DNA from: Candidatus Hydrothermia bacterium
GTDB lineage: Bacteria > Hydrothermota > Hydrothermia > LBFQ01 > DSFT01
Length of the DNA stretch: 42,068 nucleotides
NCBI GenBank assembly: GCA_032249175.1
Contig: JAVVGK010000001.1
Span: 1 to 42,068, forward strand
Reading direction: 5' to 3'
Below the pieces are notes generated by a model. That model saw only the letters and a list, made by a program, of their open reading frames with translations. It was not told the DNA's origin and made no database searches. This document shows, in pieces, positions 36,345 through 42,068 of the stretch. Made by a program: the position numbers and the translations under genes. Each line of letters begins with the position of its first letter. Position 1 is the first letter of the stretch.

Positions 36345-37346
36345 ATGAATTTTTCCTTTTGGTTAAAGGCACTAAGAGTAATTCCAAGAATAGGTAAGGA
36401 AGAATGGAACAAATTGGATTTTGTTTCAAAGTGGCTCGTTTTATCAAGGTCAGCGGTTTTTATAATAACATTAATACCATCTTTTATTGTTGCTATTTTT
36501 GCTTATTTAAATAATAAATTTGATTTTTTAAATTGGCTTATGCTTACAATTGGTTTAATTTTTGCTCATGCCCTAAATAATATGTTAAATGACTTTACAG
36601 ATTATGTAAAAGGTGTTGATAAAGATAATTATTTTAGGGCTCAATATGGTCCTCACCCGCTTGAACATAATTTAATAAGTAAAAAGGAATTTTTTATTTA
36701 TGTTTTAATTACAGCAATAATTGCTTTAATTCCTGCTATTTATTTTATATATTTGAGAGGTATTAGTGCTTTGATTTTAGTTTTAATTGGTTCATTTTTT
36801 GTTTTGTTTTATACATATCCATTAAAATATATAGGTCTTGGTGAATTAAGTGTTTTAATTGTTTGGGGTCCTTTAATGATTGGTGGTGGATATTATGTTA
36901 TAACTAATGAATGGAATATAGATATAATTTTAATGAGTTTTATATATAGTCTTGGAGCAACAAGTGTTTTATTTGGAAAGCACATAGATAAATATGAAGA
37001 CGATAAATCAAAAGGAATAAGGACATTCCCCGTTATTATTGGTAAAAGAAATGCAAGGATTTTAAATATAATAATTATGGCTCTACAATATATTTTAACA
37101 ATTTATCTTGTCTTTATTGGATTTTTCAAATTTACTATGTTAGTAGTTCTAATTGGTCTTTATTGGTTTTTTAAGAATGTTTTGAAAGTTTATTTAAGTG
37201 AAAAACCAAAGGAAAGACCTTCCAATTATCCTGATAGTGTTTGGCCTCTTTGGTATGTCGCTTTTGCGTTTGACCATAATAAAAAGTTTGGATATTTATT
37301 TTTAATTGGTTTATTACTTGAAATGGTTTTAAGAAAGGTGATTTAA
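36345..37346 (+). CDS. UbiA-family prenyltransferase (MenA-like motifs)
   Basis: NNMLNDFTDYVKGVD (NDxxDxxxGxD) and KHIDKYEDDKSKGIRTFPV second Asp-rich motif. Multiple TM helices. Confidence 0.8.
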   Translation: MNFSFWLKALRVIPRIGKEEWNKLDFVSKWLVLSRSAVFIITLIPSFIVAIFAYLNNKFDFLNWLMLTIGLIFAHALNNMLNDFTDYVKGVDKDNYFRAQYGPHPLEHNLISKKEFFIYVLITAIIALIPAIYFIYLRGISALILVLIGSFFVLFYTYPLKYIGLGELSVLIVWGPLMIGGGYYVITNEWNIDIILMSFIYSLGATSVLFGKHIDKYEDDKSKGIRTFPVIIGKRNARILNIIIMALQYILTIYLVFIGFFKFTMLVVLIGLYWFFKNVLKVYLSEKPKERPSNYPDSVWPLWYVAFAFDHNKKFGYLFLIGLLLEMVLRKVI

Positions 37347-37384
37347 AATTTTAGTTATGATTTTTATAAGGTGATTTTCAGAGT

Positions 37385-38143
37385 TTGAAAATGCTTTATT
37401 CTCCTCATGGAGTAATATATTATGGTGAATATAAACTTCCCGATGAAATTGTAATTGAGAAGTCTCAATTTATGAATAGCCATCCTAACTATAAACAAAC
37501 TATCAAAGGTTCAATAAATGTTTCAAAGATAAATAATAATTACGAGGTATATAAATTAGAATTTACGAAACTTGTTGAATTAAATGGAAATAAAAAATTT
37601 TATCCATCTTATTTTTTAGTTTATGATGGAAAAATCATTTTGGAAAGCGATTATATAACTGATAGGAATTTAGATTTTAAGCTTATTTTTGAAGAAGATG
37701 TTTTAGTACCTTTTGATATTAGAGACAATTTAGAAGGAGAATTTAATTATAATGAAAATATAAAGTTAAAATATAAATGTAGTCCCCCTGATGAGCCTTC
37801 GCTTCCAAGATGCGGATTTAAAGTTTTATTTAAAAATATAAGGGATAGTATAATAGGAACTACAAATGGTATAATTAGAATTGGAACATATGATTTTGAT
37901 AACGATAAAATAGATGAAATTATTGTTCAAAGCGAAGGGGTATCTGATTATGGAATTTCAATCTATAAAATTTCATCTTCAAAATTAATAGAAATAGCAA
38001 GTTGGTCAGAAAAGGCTGCTTATAATTGCTCATATTATCCTATTGCTTTTAAGGTTAAAAATACTTTTTATGTTCTTTATAATGACTTATCAGATATTGT
38101 AAAAAATTATAATAAGTGTAGATACTTTCCAATTTCTAAATAA
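37385..38143 (+). CDS. Hypothetical protein (252 aa; start TTG 37385 or ATG 37391)
   Basis: ORF track. AAGGTGA lies upstream. Confidence 0.5.
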   Translation: MKMLYSPHGVIYYGEYKLPDEIVIEKSQFMNSHPNYKQTIKGSINVSKINNNYEVYKLEFTKLVELNGNKKFYPSYFLVYDGKIILESDYITDRNLDFKLIFEEDVLVPFDIRDNLEGEFNYNENIKLKYKCSPPDEPSLPRCGFKVLFKNIRDSIIGTTNGIIRIGTYDFDNDKIDEIIVQSEGVSDYGISIYKISSSKLIEIASWSEKAAYNCSYYPIAFKVKNTFYVLYNDLSDIVKNYNKCRYFPISK

Positions 38144-38927
38144 AAAGACTTAAAAAATCATCGGGAATAACATTTCTTATTACATTTAAAAGTTGTTTTG
38201 AAAATCTTCTAAAACTATTTGAAATAGCATAAGCTCTTGAAATTGATAAGTAGTAATTATAAAACCATTTATCTTTCAGTTTTTCAATGATAATTTTTAA
38301 ACTTTTTATATTGTTATATAAAATTTCAGGTGTTGCTTTTAATATGGCAAATTCCATAAATTGTGGAAATTTTGGCATTAAAAAAACTCTTGAATAACCA
38401 AATAATTCATAAAATTTATGATAATTTCCAAAATGCTCATCTTTATAAGCCATTACGATAATTGATGAATCATAAGGCTCATTTACAACTTCATAATTTT
38501 CTGATAAAAAATTTATAATTTCATAATCATTGGCATCATCAGGAATGTAAATTTTTATGCTATCAGGTGGGTTTATGAACTTCTTATAATCAATTGGATA
38601 GTCAATATAAATAACAAGTGTGCTATCTATGAACATTCTTAATAAAATATCCTTTTGAAATTTGTGATGAACGATAATTCTATCAACATAATTTAGAATT
38701 TCATATGCCTTTTCAAAACTATTATGCATTATAGCAATTTTACCAATTTTTTCATCTTTATATTCTTTAAAAATTTCAATATCTTTTTCATCCTCAATGT
38801 GAGCAATTAATATAAAAAAATCAAAATTATCCAAAAGGACATTTTCTTTTTGTAAATGAAATTTTAAATTTGAATTATAGTTTTTAAATTTTGGATTTTC
38901 AATTAAGTTGAGCTTTATTTTCAACAT
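38136..38927 (-). CDS. Hypothetical protein (263 aa)
   Basis: ORF track. Overlaps the ftsH 3' end by 29 nt. Confidence 0.5.
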   Translation of the reverse strand: MLKIKLNLIENPKFKNYNSNLKFHLQKENVLLDNFDFFILIAHIEDEKDIEIFKEYKDEKIGKIAIMHNSFEKAYEILNYVDRIIVHHKFQKDILLRMFIDSTLVIYIDYPIDYKKFINPPDSIKIYIPDDANDYEIINFLSENYEVVNEPYDSSIIVMAYKDEHFGNYHKFYELFGYSRVFLMPKFPQFMEFAILKATPEILYNNIKSLKIIIEKLKDKWFYNYYLSISRAYAISNSFRRFSKQLLNVIRNVIPDDFLSLFI

Positions 38928-40734
38928 GCTTTAAACCAAGAATTTCATCAAGTTCCTCACCTGTTATTGTTTCTTTCTCTAATAATAATTGAGCAACTTT
39001 ATTTAATTTGTCTAAATTTTCATTTAAAATTTTATAAGCGGTTTCTTCTGCTTCTTGTAATATATTCTTTATTTCTCTATCTACAATTTTTAGCAAGTCT
39101 TCGGAAGTTCCATTTCTTTTTACAAGTTCCTTTCCCAAAAATACTTCATCCCCTCTTGAAATAAAAATTGGACCAAGAATTTTGCTCATTCCCCATTCCA
39201 TAACCATTTTTCTTGCTATCTCCGTTGCTCTTTCTAAATCATTAGCAGCACCTGAGCTTACTTCATTAAATATAATTTTTTCAGCAACCCTTCCTCCCAT
39301 TAGAATTGCTAATTGATTTTTCAAATAGCTTTCTTCATAAAGATATTTATCTTTTTCAGGAAGAGAGACTGTAACTCCAAGAGCCATTCCCCTTGGAATA
39401 ATTGTGACTTTTTCTACTTTATCTGACTTGGATAATAATCTTGAAACAATAGCATGTCCTGCTTCATGATAAGCAACTCTTCTCTTTTCTTCATCTGATA
39501 AAATCATATTCTTTTTTGCTGAGCCCATAATGATTTTATCTCTTGCTTCTTCTAAATCTTTCATAGTTATTTTATCTCTTCCATTTCTTGCTGCTAATAA
39601 TGCTGCTTCATTTATAAGGTTTGCCAAATCTGCTCCTGAAAATCCTGGTGTCATTTGAGCAATTTTTTCAAGATCAACATCATCCGATAATGGTTTGCCT
39701 TTTGCATGAATTTTTAAAATTTCTAATCTTCCTTTAACATCAGGAAGACCAATATAAACTTTTCTATCAAATCTTCCTGGTCTTAATAAAGCAGGGTCTA
39801 ATATATCAGGTCTATTTGTTGCTGCTAAAATAACAATACCTTCTTTGCCTTCAAAACCATCCATTTCAACAAGTAATTGATTTAAGGTTTGTTCTCTTTC
39901 ATCATGTCCCCCTCCTATTCCACTTCCTCTCATCCTTCCAACTGCGTCAATTTCATCTATAAATATAATAGCTGGTGCTAATTGTCTTGCTTTCTGAAAT
40001 AAGTCTCTAACTCTTGCAGCTCCAACACCAACAAACATTTCAACAAAATCAGAACCTGATATTGATAAAAACGGAACACCTGCTTCGCCTGCTACTGCTT
40101 TTGCCAATAATGTCTTTCCAACACCTGGAGGTCCTACTAATAATATACCTTTTGGTATTTTAGCACCAAGCTTTATATATTTTTCTCTGTTTTTTAGAAA
40201 TTCTACAACTTCTTTTAAGTCTTCTTTTGCTTCTTCACAATCTGCTACATCGTCAAACCTAACATTTGGTTTATTATCTATGTAAATTTTTGCTCTACTT
40301 TGGGAAAATTCAAAAGCTTTACTTGTTCCATTAGTTATACTTCTAAAAAATATAAACCAAAACAATAAAAATAAAATAATCCAAGGAATGTAGCTTATAA
40401 ATATATCCCAAAACATATTTCTGTTCTTCGTTTTTATAATTACTCCCTTATCAATCATTTCTCTCATAAGTTGCTCATCTTTATAAGGTAGAATAGTCTT
40501 AAAAAATCTAATTTCTCTGTTTTGTATTTTTAAAGGCTCTCTAAATTCACCTTCAACTTCATTATCAGTAATAGTAATTGAAGAGACTTTGTTATCTCTT
40601 ATAAATTGAATAAATTGATTATATGTTATTTCAATTTTTGAAGCATTATTTGGATTGAAAATTGTAAAAAGTATAAAGAACGAGCTTATTATAATTAACC
40701 AAACAAAAAGTATTTGAAATAAATTTTTAGACAT
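38899..40734 (-). CDS. ftsH: ATP-dependent zinc metalloprotease FtsH (start moved to ATG 40734)
   Basis: [17 protein letters not shown], the SRH region and HEAGHA zinc motif. The first 33 codons of the ORF track run through the promoter motif and a repeat copy. [16 protein letters not shown] gives a typical TM1. Confidence 0.95.
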   Translation of the reverse strand: MSKNLFQILFVWLIIISSFFILFTIFNPNNASKIEITYNQFIQFIRDNKVSSITITDNEVEGEFREPLKIQNREIRFFKTILPYKDEQLMREMIDKGVIIKTKNRNMFWDIFISYIPWIILFLLFWFIFFRSITNGTSKAFEFSQSRAKIYIDNKPNVRFDDVADCEEAKEDLKEVVEFLKNREKYIKLGAKIPKGILLVGPPGVGKTLLAKAVAGEAGVPFLSISGSDFVEMFVGVGAARVRDLFQKARQLAPAIIFIDEIDAVGRMRGSGIGGGHDEREQTLNQLLVEMDGFEGKEGIVILAATNRPDILDPALLRPGRFDRKVYIGLPDVKGRLEILKIHAKGKPLSDDVDLEKIAQMTPGFSGADLANLINEAALLAARNGRDKITMKDLEEARDKIIMGSAKKNMILSDEEKRRVAYHEAGHAIVSRLLSKSDKVEKVTIIPRGMALGVTVSLPEKDKYLYEESYLKNQLAILMGGRVAEKIIFNEVSSGAANDLERATEIARKMVMEWGMSKILGPIFISRGDEVFLGKELVKRNGTSEDLLKIVDREIKNILQEAEETAYKILNENLDKLNKVAQLLLEKETITGEELDEILGLKHVENKAQLN

Positions 40735-40770
40735 ATCTAAAATTTTAAAGTTGAAGATGTAAAAGAATAT

Positions 40771-40946
40771 GCGTTGTCTAGTAATTCTAAAATATAGATT
40801 ATTTCTTATTTTTCCTACCCACCCTGAAATCAAGCCTTCGGCTTATGAACTTCGCCCCCTTAAATTCCCCCATAAAATAAATAATTTCCTAAAATTTTCA
40901 TAAGTTATTGATTATCAAGAACTTAACATTATTTATTAGACAAAGC
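40771..40946 (+). repeat. MITE-like repeat, copy 6 (full length)
   Basis: GCGTTGTCTAGTAATTC ... TTATTTATTAGACAAAGC. Internal hairpins as in the other copies. Confidence 0.85.
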
Positions 40947-40957
40947 AAAATTATCTT

Positions 40958-41048
40958 GGATTGTCTAGGAATTCTGAAATTGCTATTATTTCTTATTTTT
41001 CCCCACACACCCTAAAAATAAGCCTTTGGCTTAAAATTTAGACAAGGC
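40958..41048 (+). repeat. MITE-like repeat, copy 7 (short form: both ends plus hairpins, central segment absent)
   Basis: GGATTGTCTAGGAATTCTGAAATT ... CTTATTTTTCCCCACACACCCTAAAAATAAGCCTTTGGCTT ... TTTAGACAAGGC. Confidence 0.8.
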
Positions 41049-41078
41049 AAAAAGATAAAGTTTTTGTTAATACTATAA

Positions 41079-41495
41079 AATTTCAACACTATCAAAGTAG
41101 AATTAGAGCTTGAAGTTCAATATCGTGATTTAGACCCACTTGGTCATGTTAATAATGCTGTTTATTTAAGTTATTTTGAGCAAGCAAGAGTTAAAATGTT
41201 TGAAAATTTATATAAAAATAATCCCAATTACAATTTTGTAATAGCACATGCAGAAATTGATTATTTGAAACCTTTATATCTTGAAAAAATAAAAATTGTT
41301 TGTTGGGTTAGCAATATAGGAAAAACAAGTTTTAAAATTGATTATGAAATATATAATTCAAAAAATGAAATCTGTGCTAAAGGCTCAACAATCCAAGTTA
41401 TGTTTGACCCCATTAAAAAGCAAAAAATTGAAATTGATGAAAAATTCAAAAATTACTTAACTTCATTTTTTTATAACCCTCATAAATCCTCCTAA
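41079..41495 (+). CDS. 4HBT/YbgC-type hotdog-fold acyl-CoA thioesterase; start codon unresolved (possible pseudogene or non-canonical start)
   Basis: The frame is open from 41079 and encodes ..ELEVQYRDLDPLGHVNNAVYLSYFEQARVKMFE.., the conserved catalytic N-terminal region. The first ATG/GTG/TTG in frame is 41196, downstream of that region. Confidence 0.6.
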   Translation, partial: NFNTIKVELELEVQYRDLDPLGHVNNAVYLSYFEQARVKMFENLYKNNPNYNFVIAHAEIDYLKPLYLEKIKIVCWVSNIGKTSFKIDYEIYNSKNEICAKGSTIQVMFDPIKKQKIEIDEKFKNYLTSFFYNPHKSS

Positions 41496-42018
41496 TAATT
41501 GTTATATAAATTAAAATTGAAAAAACAACAAGGAAGAAAAAGATGAATTTTATAAAAATTGTCATCAGTGCTATAAAAAAAATTCTTTCAGCTCTTTCCA
41601 TAGGACCTGCCTTTATAAGAACACCCAAAGATTCACCTCTCGCTCTTATATAACTAATTAAAAATGAGCCAAAAGCACAAATTATTAAAAGTATTTGAAT
41701 TAAAAAATTTTCTTTAAAAGCTACAATAAGTGATAAAAAAATTAAAGCTTCTGATATTCTATCAAAATTTGAATCTAAAAATGCTCCTAATTTTGAAGTT
41801 TGATTAGTCATTCTTGCTAATTCACCATCCATAGCATCAAATAAGTTTATAAGAATTAAACTAATTGCACCCAATAAAAAATTTTTGTTTAAATAAAAAT
41901 AAAATGGAACTAAATTTAAAATAAGCGTTATCGTTGTTAATAAATTAGGCTTAACATTTAATTTAACAAAAAACTTTATAATAGGCAATAAAAAAATAAC
42001 TCTTAACTTCTCTTTCAA
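41446..42018 (-). CDS. CDP-alcohol phosphatidyltransferase family protein (start moved to TTG 42018)
   Basis: DAMDGELARMTNQTSKLGAFLDSNFDRISE matches D-G-x2-A-R-x8-G-x3-D-x3-D. The ORF-track start (42057) lies inside the repeat terminal inverted repeat and upstream of the promoter motif (42025-42035). Confidence 0.8.
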   Translation of the reverse strand: MKEKLRVIFLLPIIKFFVKLNVKPNLLTTITLILNLVPFYFYLNKNFLLGAISLILINLFDAMDGELARMTNQTSKLGAFLDSNFDRISEALIFLSLIVAFKENFLIQILLIICAFGSFLISYIRARGESLGVLIKAGPMERAERIFFIALMTIFIKFIFFFLVVFSILIYITIIRRIYEGYKKMKLSNF

Positions 42019-42046
42019 GATTTGAAATTTTAAAGTGCTTAATAAA

Positions 42047-42068
42047 GCTTTGTCCAATAATTCTGAAA
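42047..42068 (+). repeat. MITE-like repeat, copy 8 (cut by the window end)
   Basis: GCTTTGTCCAATAATTCTGAAA is identical in type to the starts of copies 1-3. Confidence 0.7.

Noticed and set aside
40735-40833. 33-codon N-terminal extension of FtsH in the ORF track
   Set aside because: The extension is encoded by the promoter motif and by repeat copy 6. ATG 40734 gives a normal FtsH TM1 and follows the promoter motif by 4 nt.
42019-42057. Upstream TTG start for the CDP-alcohol phosphatidyltransferase
   Set aside because: The start codon would lie inside the repeat terminal inverted repeat (TTGGACAAAGC), and the extension contains the promoter motif. TTG 42018 was preferred, although this is unverified.

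Overview
Very AT-rich, tightly packed bacterial chromosomal segment with about 55 CDS and two tRNA genes. I cannot assign the organism. A GT9 heptosyltransferase, outer-membrane barrels and a TolC-like ORF point to a diderm. Most of the window is housekeeping: rho, ftsH, lepB, fumC, sbcCD, nuoD, MoxR ATPase, HAD hydrolase, crotonase plus BCCP, PhoD, GT2/GT9 and a PcrB/GGGPS-family enzyme. The standout is 0.45-7.4 kb, a compact class III (LanKC-type) lanthipeptide locus. It holds two tandem precursor genes not in the ORF track (907..1038 and 1119..1292). They share an identical 77-bp RBS/leader cassette and carry repeated S-x2-S-x2-3-C ring motifs. A zinc-ligand-less LanKC follows, then an ABC exporter and, translationally coupled to it, a CarboxypepD_reg/plug/beta-barrel outer-membrane protein. 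The locus is bracketed by copies of a repeat family. That family consists of about 70-200 bp MITE-like elements with TTGTCCAATAA terminal inverted repeats and conserved internal hairpins. There are 8 copies plus a remnant, three times as tandem pairs and always intergenic. A second window-wide signal is a CTTTAAAATTTT (TAAAAT-containing) motif 3-13 nt upstream of about 19 start codons and 12 nt upstream of a tRNA gene. This implies leaderless or near-leaderless transcripts, including a 17-bp palindromic bidirectional promoter between phoD and lepB. Other notes: all 8 convergent gene junctions overlap or nearly abut, nuoD is orphaned, a thioesterase lacks a canonical start codon next to a repeat pair, and a tRNA-fMet/tRNA-Met pair sits directly upstream of a PcrB/GGGPS-HD-rho operon that faces a UbiA prenyltransferase. 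All functional calls come from motif recognition by eye; no database search was run.
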